DNA of 63,902 nt, the filler included, from Lenisia limosa (lineage: Eukaryota; Protista; Breviatea): NCBI GenBank assembly GCA_001655205.1. It is 15 parts of 15 records of this genome, joined end to end, with 100 filler letters (N's around TTAATTAATTAA, not from the genome) between each part and the next. Parts side by side here need not be neighbours in the genome. Positions count along the whole stretch, not along the records: positions 44,695 to 56,756 come from LPNZ01011304.1; positions 56,857 to 58,398 come from LPNZ01005446.1; positions 58,499 to 59,849 come from LPNZ01004565.1; 12 more parts are not named here. One strand, given 5' to 3'. Numbering within the stretch: position 1 is the stretch's first letter; each line of letters starts with the position of its first letter. A program made the translations under genes and the position numbers. Of this stretch, positions 47,801 to 59,109 are shown in pieces. Under the pieces are notes generated by a model, which saw nothing but the letters and a program-made list of their open reading frames with translations, did not search any database and was not told where the DNA came from.

Positions 47801-50800
47801 AAAAAAAAANNNNNNNNNNNNNNNNNNNNNNNNNNNNNNNNNNNNNNNNNNNNNNNNNNNNNNNNNNNNNNNNNNNNNNNNNNNNNNNNNNNNNNNNNNN
47901 NNNNNNNNNNNNNNNNNNNNNNNNNNNNNNNNNNNNNNNNNNNNNNNAGTAAGAATTTATTATATCATAATGAGGGGATATTGGGGTGAAGAGCGCTTGT
48001 CACGTGTCACTGCCTTCATACACCGCAAAAAGGCTTCAGCAGAGAAGTAGGCACTGCATCCAGAAGCTTCACCCACATCTCCATAATCTCTAGGAGCTCC
48101 GCTTTGTTGGTTTTGTCTGACTTAATGGTCTACTAAAATGCAATCAGAGACAAAAAAAAATAATGAATAGAACTGAGTCTTGTTTGTTTTTGACTTCAAA
48201 GTCTTATAGGTGTCGCCAAATAGTTTGACTGCTTCATTTTTGTACGGAACCATCTCAGTAGGGAAGGATGACTCGAGAGTTTCAAATGCTACTTCAATTA
48301 GTTCATGTGCGTAATATGTATCTATCCTGTGGTATCCCTATGTATTATTTGCCTGTATCCCTTGATTAAAATTTCTTAATATAATGATTTGCTCACTCCT
48401 TAAAATAGAAATGTCATTGCCTACCAAGGTCATTATTGTCATCTAGTCGGTGCCTCAGCGGTGACTTGAATCTTGATCAGCTCCTCGGCTGCAATAGCAA
48501 CACCATAGGCCTTGATAGAAGCCTTGGACTTGCATCAGGGGATGACAGCTTTGATGAAGCAAAGGTGACTTTTTTCAGGATTCTCACACCAGCATGCCAA
48601 AGACGGGCCATGATCAAAGTGCTTTCGGGCTGTAATCAATTAAAGGAACTTGCCAAAAAAAGAATGCGAGCATAAAGTGAAAAAATTTCGCGCGAGTGTG
48701 GCGCTCAAAAGTTGAAATTTTCGAGTTCAAGTTTGCTGATCTTGCCAAAAATGGAAAATTTTGATAGCTTTTTTTCTTTATTTCTCTTCATAAATCAATA
48801 AAATGTGAATATCTAAGAACTCTAATACAGTTTTGAAGGGTAATAGATGATTTTGGGACCGTAAATAATTAACGGCACTAATTCGAATTAGCGACATAAT
48901 TTAGGACCTTGAGCATCTAGTGTAAAAAAAATGTTTTCTATTTTTGTCGTTTCCTGTTATTCTTGGCCTACTTGGGTTGTTGTACAGGGGAGGGGCATTG
49001 TCCTTGCTTTATTTCCCATCGCGATGTATTATTCGTATGTGCCCATTTTCCACCCCCACCCCTCAATTCACCCGAAACGGCTTTATTTTTTATTTATTCA
49101 ATCCCATGTGTGTCTTCAAATGTTAAACCAACAGAATTGATTTTGGGTGTTCCGGTTCATAAATTCCCCCTCGCCCATTCTTCCCCAGTTCTTCACCCAT
49201 TCAGCCGGCATGTTCGGCGGTTGAACAGTTTATTGATACAGACAAACTTGAGGAATCCGATAAGTTTGTGGGGTAAATCTTTTGGAGCTTTTCGTTCGCT
49301 GACAAACGACATGTAAAATAGCGATATTTATCGTGAATTCAGTCTTACGGCTCCGGGTATTTACTTTTTTGAAGAATTTTTTTGTCAAAAATTGAAATTT
49401 AAGTGTCTGAAATTTTGCAATTATTTTTTCAATTAATTGCACGGAGCCCTCCTTTTTTGATACCGAAAGTAAAACTCAAGAATATGCTGAACGGGTGATT
49501 GTCGTCCATCATGTACATATAGTAACTAAATTTCGGCTTGGCACCATACCAAGTATATCCCTAGCATCTGAGCCGACTCCCCCTATTAATGAGGATTTAT
49601 TGTGAATTCAGTCTTTTTTGGAACCGAAAGTGAAGTTCTATAGCATATTTGTTCCATAGACCTTTCCCCTTTCATCAGCGTTTTTTATTTTTTGTTTGTT
49701 TGGAGTTTCAGATTATTCGGTTCGTGATTAGTTCCTTTATGCCAATATTCTTCATTTAAATATCCTTCGTTTTACTTCCCCCCCCCCCCAGCCTCTNNNN
49801 NNNNNNNNNNNNNNNNNNNNNNNNNNNNNNNNNNNNNNNNNNNNNNNNNNNNNNNNTGCAATTTGGCTACAAACCCTCTCATGACGTTACGTGGGGGCCT
49901 GGTGAAACGTATAAGCAAAGAGTGAGGGGGGGGGGTGTCAAAGTTGTATATAAAATGATATTATTTAAAGCAGGATCTCAACTGGGAAATGCCTCGGATG
50001 GATTTGGCTCGGTGTTGCTATACGGCTCTTTCATTTGTCTTCATTTTTTACAGCATATTCCGTTCGGATGACAACAATTGCATCATTTCTTTCTTGAAAT
50101 TACCTACTGTACAAATTAGACTTCCGGCCTTATATTCAGAGTTAACATCTTGAACATGGGCAAACGTGTGCTATCGGGGTTCTCTCCTTCTTTTTCATAA
50201 TCACCAATACTCAGAAACTCGAATTACACATATTTTACTATCGTATAATAGATATAAAACAAACGGTATAAACAAAGGGTGGGGGGTGCATTGATGGAGA
50301 GGCTTAAGTTGGATATATTTTGAAAAAGGTTCAATAACGTATAAACACCATAAGTGACATAATAAGGAAGAAGAGAGGGAAGCTCTAAACGTTATTCAAA
50401 GTCAAAATACACAATAGATATAATGATATGACATATTAACATTTATGTTGTCAACTTGTTGTTTTGAATTTAAAATTCTTTACAAAAAATAGTAAAAGTG
50501 TGTTCCATTTTTTTTTTGTTTTTTTCAAAAGAATTTTATTTGTTGTAATATTTCAGTCAAAAGCTGCCCAGGAAGCGCCTTTGAAGTTCATTTCCGAGCC
50601 CAAATCCAGACAAGCAACTGTGGGTGGGATAAGGTGTCATATTTAAATGTTGCTTTTTTGAACACATTGAATTTAAATATAGGGATACAAGAACACATTG
50701 CATATAAATAAATATAGTAATGCATTGCTCCTAGTATCACTGGACCCCAGTGATCTTTCATTTTCACAAAAAATGCTTCATTCAATCAAAAGTGGCGTAT

Positions 50801-52020
50801 TATGATTACATGTTATTTTATTTGTACACCAGGATAAGTCTTGACCTATTTGCTCTATGCTTAATCGGTCAAGAATTATCCCGGTTGCTGTACATACAGT
50901 ACATATTGAACATTTCCTATCAGTGTACAGAGTTGTTAGTAAATGATATTATCCAATATCGCTTATAGCGTAATGGTTTTGGCCAGATATTACCTTGTTG
51001 AATATTACTCATCTCAGTATATCTTATGACGTCTTTGCTAATCTTCCCAGGCCCCGGTGTTGGTTGAAGATGAGTCTTTTCAGGTCCCTACTTCTTTTCC
51101 TGAGCCAGGTGGGGGGATTTTATGGTAGTAATTATTAAATTGGTGTTGTGTAACTCATCGAAAAATTAATTTCAATATTTGAAGTGGGACGTAGTGTAAC
51201 GAGAACCCTATTCCAGACACTTAAATTTCTAATTTTGTCAATTAATTTCCTCAAAAAAAAATATTATACGGAGGTAACACAAATGATTGGGTGAATTAAT
51301 AGTATCTATTAGCGTGATGGTTTAGACGACTTCAGATACAACCTTTTATTTATTTTTTTCGCTCAGATATAACCTTTTTTTTTCTCATCTCTACATGTTT
51401 ATTGTATATAGGGCTTCACTTCGGTTCGAAAATGATTGATATAACATCGATAGTTTTCGAGGATTTATCGCGAAATTCAGTCATATTTTGATCCGAAGTG
51501 AAGCCCTAATTATATAATGCTGGCACGACAGATCAAATAGTATATTTCTGACCTGATTCGTCAGAGTGGGCAGTTCCGACAACCCTCTACCGGCATTCCG
51601 ACTACGTGCTCGAGGGCTACAACTTCTGGATAATGGAGGTCCTTAAACGTCGCCTTTCTGATTCGGAAAAGGTCATTAACAAAGACCTGATTAATGTTGC
51701 TGGTGGGGGGGAGTGTCTTTTGTAGAACTTCACCTTCGGTTCCAAAAGACTAATAAAATGAGGATTTATCGAGATTTTAGTTTTTTTTTGACGTCTTCTG
51801 GGTTTTTTTTTTTATGCTACAGTGTGTTTTACTATTTAAATTTTCGCGATGCTGTATTTAAATCCTTTTAGGTTTCTCAAATGTTTAGCCAACAGAGATG
51901 ATTTCTGGGGCTTTTCTACCAATTTTTCATTTACACTCACCTCCCTAACCCCTGTTAGCTTACGTAATCAAAATGATTGAAACACGCCCCGCTTTTGTGA
52001 AAAGTTTGTGGGAAGCTCTT
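44895..52020 (+). CDS. Long multi-exon gene of unknown function (partial)
   Basis: Phase-consistent exons include 45146-45238, 45339-45421, 45774-45887, 46030-46120, 51045-51108, 51563-51702 and 51959-~52020 (..KQKTIRQKAHVRLFEALQRDASYPLTHWYLFNNAMPNIAAPLYDLPP..). It hosts the 1.87-kb TIR element in an intron. Confidence 0.6.
45239..45338 (+). repeat. 100-nt intron composed almost wholly of family C
   Basis: GTAGGCCGAACACCCGTGCCGTGTGTTGTCACCCAAACAAGTTGATTTGGGCCTTTTTGTTTCATAAATTTTCCAATATTCCAACCCCCTCCCCACCTAG between two phase-0 exons. Confidence 0.8.
47046..48913 (-). mobile_element. 1.87-kb DNA transposon with 47-bp TIRs and a decayed spliced ORF
   Basis: 47046-47092 (CTCAAAGTCCTAAATTATGTCGCTAATTCGAATTAATGTCATTAATT) is the inverted match of 48867-48913 with 4 mismatches. 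Internal minus-strand exon-like pieces carry in-frame stops. Confidence 0.8.
49690..49791 (+). repeat. Family C2 acceptor-anchored repeat
   Basis: TTGGAGTTTCAGATTATTCGGTTCGTGAT...GCCAATATTCTTCAT..AAAT.TCCTTCGTTTTACT(C)nAG. Related copies at 40704-40800(-), 2165-2214(+), 1655-1680(-) and 37575-37625(-). Confidence 0.8.
51409..51508. mobile_element. Family A MITE (~85-100 bp, TA|GGGCTTC...GAAGCCC|TA), best-preserved copy
   Basis: TIR TAGGGCTTCACTTCGG...CCGAAGTGAAGCCCTA. Other full or partial copies at 1958-2043, 3607-3692, 4942-5040, 10071, 10312-10407, 12467-12557, 18693-18789, 36766-36810, 37875-37912, 38090-38188, 39268-39311, 42946, 43117-43213, 46139-46238, 49590-49640, 52606-52689, 58499-58592 and 59249. 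Confidence 0.9.
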
Positions 52021-54570
52021 TTGATATATAGTGACCGGAAGAAGTCTTGACCGAGATCTTATATCTGAATGAAGGATACTCAAACTTGATTGATAAAACT
52101 CTTTCTGACTCGTTTTGTCGGTACTAAATATCGTTCACTACCCATCCCACAGTTTAAAAGTGGAATGGAGGTAGCGCACGATATTTAGTTCAAATATTTC
52201 AAAAAAATACAAATAGATCTTCAGTTTTGCTTCCAAAACACTGATAAAATATCGATATTTGTCGAGAAAGTGTAGTGAATTCTGTCTTTTTGTAGGGATC
52301 CGTGTAATTTATTGAAAAGTTAATTTCATAATTTGAAGTGAGATCTATTGAGATAGATAATCACCACACACTTTATTTCAAATTTTATCAAATACTTTCT
52401 CAAAAAATTAATTGCACGGAATCGTGCTTTTTGGATGCTCTATAATTAACAAATACCCTCACACTTATGTAGCGATTCGTGACCAAGTACCTCGTACCCC
52501 AAGTAAACCCATAGCGCCTAAGATGTCAAAAACTCCTCTTCCTAATCTACAGTCACTCATGTCCCCATTCACGTTTGAAGGGGGCAATAAAGATAGTCTT
52601 ATCATTAGGGCTTCTCTTCATTCGAAAAAGACTGATTTCTCGATTGGTCGATATCTTATTGGTAATTTTCGAACCGAAGTGAAGCCCTACTTATCTTTTT
52701 CTATACTCTGTCAATCAGCATCAAGTTTGTGTTATATTGATAGTAAGCTTTGTTTTCTATGTGATTATTTGACTTGAACCATACCACTTAGCCAAATACA
52801 CCGTTGTTAAATTCACACTTATACATTCTAACATAAAATGTGCTCTACTTCATATTACCTGAAGTCCTTAAAAAAAATTCTTTCTTTTTTGATAGCTATT
52901 TGATTATATCACACTGTTCATAAATATGTATTTTAAAAAATCAGAATTCGATTATTTATACGTTCAACATGGGGTAATCGCACTAACGTGAAAGAAACAG
53001 GATGCCATATTATATCACAAACTAACACTGCCTTTGACGATTGGGTTCCATCTTGATGACGTTGGCTGTAGTGGTTCTGGTGTAATTGAGAGATTTAAAG
53101 CAATCATTTACCTTTCTAATCATCAGACTGTCTGGGTAGTGGACTATCAAATTATATCTTTACCAATTCACCAGTTACCTCCCATTAACAGCTAACCTTG
53201 TCACTGATGATAGGTAGAACAACCTCAAATAGATACTTCTTCAACGCATGCTTCAAACAGACAGGTTTTTGAGGAATGAGGACATCTTTTTTCCCAAAAC
53301 CTTGATGAAAGATACCTGTGTGAAGGGATTCAGATGGAAATCACCACAATTTAGTATTCGATAAGTCCAGTGGACATACTTTAGATTATTCAAAGGCAAA
53401 TGACACTATTTGGCGGATCTATAGCGCGTATTGCTTCAACAATAACGTTAAAGGTTAGCTTACAGCCGGATGATTTATGCTGAACGGGTCTTAATGAAAA
53501 ATAGCATTGGTCAATGAATCAGTGCACTGCATGCCGAACTCATGGGAATACCTGAGCGGTGTTATTTTGGATTGCACGTGGAACTGTTTTTAACTGCACA
53601 GCTTATTATCCCATTCCAAGTTCTATTCATTGACGATGAAGTACACCGGGTTCCAAGGGATACTGACAGATAAGCAATGAGAAAAAAACAATAAAGATGT
53701 ATCTGGCCGAAGCCGTNNNNNNNNNNNNNNNNNNNNNNNNNNNNNNNNNNNNNNNNNNNNNNNNNNNNNNNNNNNNNNNNNNNNNNNNNNNNNNNNNNNN
53801 NNNATGATTGAGTCGCTGGAAGAACCGTTTTCTCGAGCCCTTAGTACCCGTCACGGGCACTCAGACTGTGACAGTCCTCGTTGTTTATATGCATCGTGTA
53901 GTCCCCGGCTAAATTGTAAAAAATCACATGTGTCTTTTGTCCCTTCAAAACTGTCAAAAACCAAGCGATTTGTTCTCTCCAAAAAAAATGTATCTGCAGC
54001 GTTTAAATTAATGTCCTGGTTCGAGATTTGGCATTGGTAAATAAAACAATCTTAGTGATACTCAATTTGACTGAGTATACAGCGACTGTTTTTGACATCA
54101 TCCTGTTTTGCCTTTCTTCATATTCGTTCTTTCTTTGACTTTACTTTGTTTTGTTTTCTTAAAAAAGTGATTTTCTTATTTATTGATTTTCTTATTTTTC
54201 ATACTATATATTTGAAAAGTAATATGGGTTTTAACGTCTGAATTTCAGTTGTAGTAGGGCAAATGATTTCTATCATCTAATCTATCACTCAAGTTAAGCG
54301 TAATGGTGTGGATGGATTTGGTCATATCCTACCTTTTTGTATTTGTAATTTTTGAGTTAATTTAATATTAACCAATTTTAGACCGCAAGAGGAATTCCAA
54401 GACCCCCGAAAAGTGAGCTGACTATTTTGAGGAATTCTGAAACGTATCATCTCATTCTTGTTCTTAAAAAAAACCCATTAGCAAATCGTATGAATATCTG
54501 AGTATGAACGGCTTTGTCAGACCCATTTTTCACTTCTCTTTTGTCTGACAAGTTCTAGTACTGTGAACAG

Positions 54571-54870
54571 TGCCTACATACTCCAAAATACCTCAAATGG
54601 TGCAAGGACTGTAAAAAGGTGGGAACAGGGTTTGTTTGGGATTCCTTCCCGATTTGTAAAAGAGGTAAAATGTCAAATATATATCATTACATGTATATCC
54701 ATAGTATATATGTATGTATATATTAATAATAAAAAAAATCCTGTACGTCTACCGTTTGATTAGCAATGTAATAATATACGCTAAATTAACCACTTTTTCA
54801 GGTAAGATACTGTGGGAGGGACTGTCAATTCAAAGCTTGGAAGGAGCATAAGAAAGTTTGTGGTTTGTAG
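54571..54870 (+). CDS. C-terminal MYND-type zinc finger exons
   Basis: CLHTPKYLKWCKDCKK|VRYCGRDCQFKAWKEHKKVCGL* (TAG at 54868-54870) matches the MYND C..C..YC...CQ...W..HK..C consensus. It may be the 3' end of the gene starting at 44.9 kb. Confidence 0.85.
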
Positions 54871-55503
54871 GTTTAAAAGAGTTCTGTTTTGTGTTAGTTG
54901 TATTGGTTGGTTGTTGTGTATTTATTAGTTTGGAGGCAAATGCATATGTGTGTAATACTTGTTTTGTCTGATCCCAGAGGGGGGGGGGTGCAAAACGGGT
55001 GCGATAAGTATTAATACTATATCTCCTTGACGATAATAGCAGAGTTCTTAAGAAAGAGAATTACCAATTAATGAATTTCAAGTCGATCGCACTGGCTAAC
55101 TCACATTCCCATTCTGTCTGTGTTGGAAGTTTTTGGAAGGCTTTGGATAACTGTGTTTTTTCTCTACATCTGTACTTTTTTCGTCTACATCAATTTGGGG
55201 TGAGATGTTTGCATTGATTATTCCTGAAGACAATAGTTGGGTTTCTTACATCATGTTTCTGATATGTCCTCCCGCCCCATCTCAAATTTAATTGTGCAGA
55301 ATCGGTGAATTTATATCGAGTCATTTTTCAATTTAACCGAAAATCAACCTCTCAACAAACGTTAACGCATGAGCCATCTCTCCTAACAAACTGTTGAATA
55401 CCATAAATAATAGCAGAAGAAGACGATTCCTTTGATCCTCCAAAACTAGAACAAGACAAGAAAAACAAACAAAAGAAAACAATGTCAAAAAGACGAGCCG
55501 AGA

Positions 55504-56531
55504 TCAACAGATTGTCAATTCATCGCGATTAGAGATAATTGCGTCACATGTATGCAAGTGATAAAGAGTGGCAGCGGAAACGAAAATATGCCAAATAGCA
55601 TGGCTGCCAAAAAGGTCGAATTTCCCAGGGTACAGCCGTTCGGGGATCCGAGATATGAAGAAGAAAACTCCGATCAGATAGAGAACTGCAAAAATGAGAC
55701 GAAAGTCAATATCGTTACCTCAATATTGGGGTAAAACACCCCTCTCCCTTACATAAAACATGTCCGCATAAGGCAAAAATATCCCAATTTTTGTGTTTCA
55801 TTGGAACAATACCCCCACACCCCCGTATTGCTGATTGAATAGCGAAAAACCCAAGACTATCTCACCAAAATCGTAATTTTAATCTCAAAATCGATAGACA
55901 ACGTAAATTGGTGATGTTAATGATAATACATTGCGAAGCATTGCTTCTTATACCTTCTCCACTTAACATCCCCTCCCAAAAATAAAATAATAATAATAAT
56001 AAAAAAAGTGTTACAAGATTTTTCTACTTAATCCCCCCCTCTGGGCTTTTTTTGTTTCATTCCAATTGTACCCCCCCCCTCACCAAACATGCCGTATATT
56101 CGAAGGTGAAGCCATGAACCAAGGGGAGTGGACTCGTAGAAAATAAAAAAGTGTATTGATGGAAGTACCCCAGATCCTAGAGGGGGGGGGGGGGNNNNNN
56201 NNNNNNNNNNNNNNNNNNNNNNNNNNNNNNNNNNNNNNNNNNNNNNNNNNNNNNNNNNNNNNNNNNNNNNNNNNNNNNNNNNNNNNNNNNNNNNNNNNNN
56301 NNNNNNNNNNNNNNNNNNNCGAGGGCTGATAACAACAAAAAAAAACAAATGGGGGGTGGGGGATTGGGATTTGATGATAAAAAAAATAATAAAAGATCTC
56401 AAAATCAACTCTGCATAGTAAAAATCTTATCTTCCAACAACAAGTAGAAATACAATAATATCTTTCCACAATCTAATACCCCCAACCAGCAAGAAGAATA
56501 AATCCGAATGTCCGGAACGAGTCCAAAGTGA
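55504..56531 (-). CDS. PAQR (adiponectin receptor / haemolysin III family) membrane protein, 3' part
   Basis: FRTFGFILLAGSGVLPSIH..; LYLIGVFFFISRIPERLYPGKFDLFGSHAIWHIFVSAATLYH..TIC*, with the diagnostic RIPER..PGKFD..SH..WH motif. Confidence 0.92.
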
Positions 56532-56857
56532 CTGGTTGGCGACTACGAAATTAGAAACTAATAAAAAAGCCTTATTTTCCGTGAAGCGGTAATGGTTGTT
56601 GGCGAATACGAAATGAAAAATGTACAGGCTCATTTTCAGTTGCAAACGTACGTATATGACCAGAACAAGTCTTGACCGATTTTCCTTAGGAAATCATCTT
56701 GTGAATCGGTCAAGACTTATTCCAGTCACTGTTCATAATCAAGCCCCCCCCCCCCCNNNNNNNNNNNNNNNNNNNNNNNNNNNNNNNNNNNNNNNNNNNN
56801 TTAATTAATTAANNNNNNNNNNNNNNNNNNNNNNNNNNNNNNNNNNNNNNNNNNNNA

Positions 56858-57170
56858 TCTGAAACGAAAAGATGCTTCTCAACTTCCTCGAAATCGATGA
56901 CATGGGACGTCACGTCTTGGAAGGCATTGTAGAGCTGTGCTTGGTAAGAAATTGAAATAGGGGGAATTGAATTTTCAGGGCTACTTTCCTTTCCAAGCTC
57001 AAGTAGTCATCACCGATCAAATGAACAAGAGCTAAAAGCACGCATAATGAAGGTATTTACAAAAGATGATATCATAGAATATGATCCCACTTTTTCTTTT
57101 CCTTCGCTTTTGTTGTTTGGTCGTTTGGTCCTCTTCTTGGCTCTTCTTGGCTTCTTGGTTCTTTCTGTTT
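56858..57170 (-). CDS. Exons of an unknown gene, divergent from the gene at 57512
   Basis: GT-AG bounded coding-like segments: ALVHLIGDDYLSLERK|LYNAFQDVTSHVIDFEEVEKHLFVSD, plus an upstream K/E-rich segment. Confidence 0.4.
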
Positions 57171-57511
57171 AAAAATATATTGGCTCGCAATAAATAACTT
57201 CTTGGTTAACTTAGCTCAAAATAGCCAAATTGAGTCCCCCCCCCCCACTTTTATTTTCATCATTTTTGTGTTTGCCAGGTGGCCAGGTGTTTGCTGTATC
57301 GTTGTGTATATGTGTATATTTGTATATTAATTAAATACTGTATAAATGCTGCAAAATACTGTGATATTTCTCCTCCAACAAAGCCCTCAAGAGCACCATC
57401 TCACTCCACTTTCTGTCATTGTCCTCTCGTCCTCTGTTGGCCCTTAGGGGCAAGAGAGCGGAAGGTGAGCAAAATAAGAAGGCTCCATCGTATTTCTTCT
57501 GAGAGACAACC

Positions 57512-57625
57512 ATGTCTGCCAAGATCATCTCTTCTGTGGAGATTATTCCTCATGGTGATGACGCTCCTTCCCCTCCCGAACCGATTGTCCTTCTCAAGGG
57601 AGACTCCAGAGCTATTGGTCGCAAG
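57512..57625 (+). CDS. First coding exon, possibly an FHA-like N-terminus
   Basis: ATG 57512 gives MSAKIISSVEIIPHGDDAPSPPEPIVLLKGDSRAIGRK|gttggc. The terminal IGR resembles FHA strand 3, which is weak evidence. Confidence 0.4.
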
Positions 57626-58782
57626 GTTGGCGTCTGAAAATAACATCAGTCAAATAAATATCCATTCATAGCCAACAAAATTGTCAGAGGCTTGATAGAA
57701 ATGGTTTTCTTACTTTCAGTTTTATTTGCATTTTCTTGGTTTTTATTAGGGATAACAGTCGTACCAAGGCCGTTCACGCATTTATTAGGGATACTGATGA
57801 TATCTCAATCATTTACCTTTGATAACTCCTTGCATACAGCTTTCTGTGGACATACCCATAAGGATGAGATTCATGAATGAAGACATATTACACTCTCAAC
57901 TCTTGACATATTGGTTTCCAATTACTACAAACATGCTTTTCGGTTTGTTTGTTTCATAAATTTCTACTAGGAGTGATGGGATGCGGCGCTGTAGAAGCGA
58001 CCTGGGCTTTGTTTGTTTTGTTGTTCTCAACCCTTGTNNNNNNNNNNNNNNNNNNNNNNNNNNNNNNNNNNNNNNNNNNNNNNNNNNNNNNNNNNNNNNN
58101 NNNNNNNNNNNNNNNNNNNNNNNNNNNNNNNNGTATATATATATATATCTTTTTGATTTCCGGTGTTGAAGACTGGGAGCCTTTTTGGCTCAAGGATTCA
58201 TCATATGATCTAGTTTAATGATGGCAATATCTCGTTCTGTTGACTCGTTCACTTTTTCATATTTTGTTTTCTGGAACCAGTTGTTTGTCCTGGGTGTTAG
58301 TTTTGATGCCGCTTATGCCACATCACTGGATTCTGTTCACCTTGCTGCATTTTTCACACTTATTAACAAATGATACTGTGCGTTTTTAATTGCATTTCNN
58401 NNNNNNNNNNNNNNNNNNNNNNNNNNNNNNNNNNNNNNNNNNTTAATTAATTAANNNNNNNNNNNNNNNNNNNNNNNNNNNNNNNNNNNNNNNNNNNNTT
58501 CACTTCGGTTCGAAAAAGACCAGCAAAATATCGATAGTTTTCGAGGATTTATCGAGAAATTCGGTCTTTTTTCGAACCGAAGTGAAGCCTTACACTGAAG
58601 GGAGTAAGCCGTATTCTAGTCTAATCTTGGAAACATAAGAATTAGGGCTATTAATTTAAAAATCATTTTCAAAATTGACATATTGCAGTAACGAGAACAA
58701 TTTTGTCAATTAATTTCCTCACAAAATTAGTTCTAATAAGAATAGGGATACAAAACAAATTACCATTGGCCTGACTTCTTAG

Positions 58783-58845
58783 ATGGGGTAGCGGACAACC
58801 TAACAATGTTGATGATGAAGCTTGTTGCGTTATGAACCCGGCAGG
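58783..58845 (+). CDS. Possible C-type lectin-like exon
   Basis: ttag|A TGG GGT AGC GGA CAA CCT AAC... gives WGSGQPNNVDDEACCVM, resembling the W..GQPNN....E.C loop of C-type lectin domains. It is a single short exon. Confidence 0.35.
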
Positions 58846-58961
58846 CTCTTTTATCGACTATCCTTGCAGGTTTGAAGGGTAGAGTTTATTGGTATGTGGG
58901 AAGGAGCGGTAGTACAAGTGGGGGTAGGCGGGNNNNNNNNNNNNNNNNNNNNNNNTGGGTA

Positions 58962-59109
58962 CACTACGGCACATCGACTTGGGATTCTTGTGAAAAAGTT
59001 GGAATTCCCATATTCTACATGGGAACTCCATGAAATTTTATGAAAATTCGAAGAAATTTATGGGATTCCCAAATAATACAAGGGAGACCCAAGTAAATGC
59101 GCTGTAGTG
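58962..59109. mobile_element. Family H MITE with CACTAC termini flanked by TA
   Basis: TA|CACTACGGCACATCGACTTGGG...CCCAAGTAAATGCGCTGTAGTG|TA. A homologous right half lies at ~36445-36511. Confidence 0.75.

Noticed and set aside
47046-48913. In-frame stops in several relic ORFs as evidence of a reassigned genetic code
   Set aside because: All three stops occur in the relics together with frameshifts, and intact genes end in TAA (deaminase), TAG (MYND) and TGA (PAQR).
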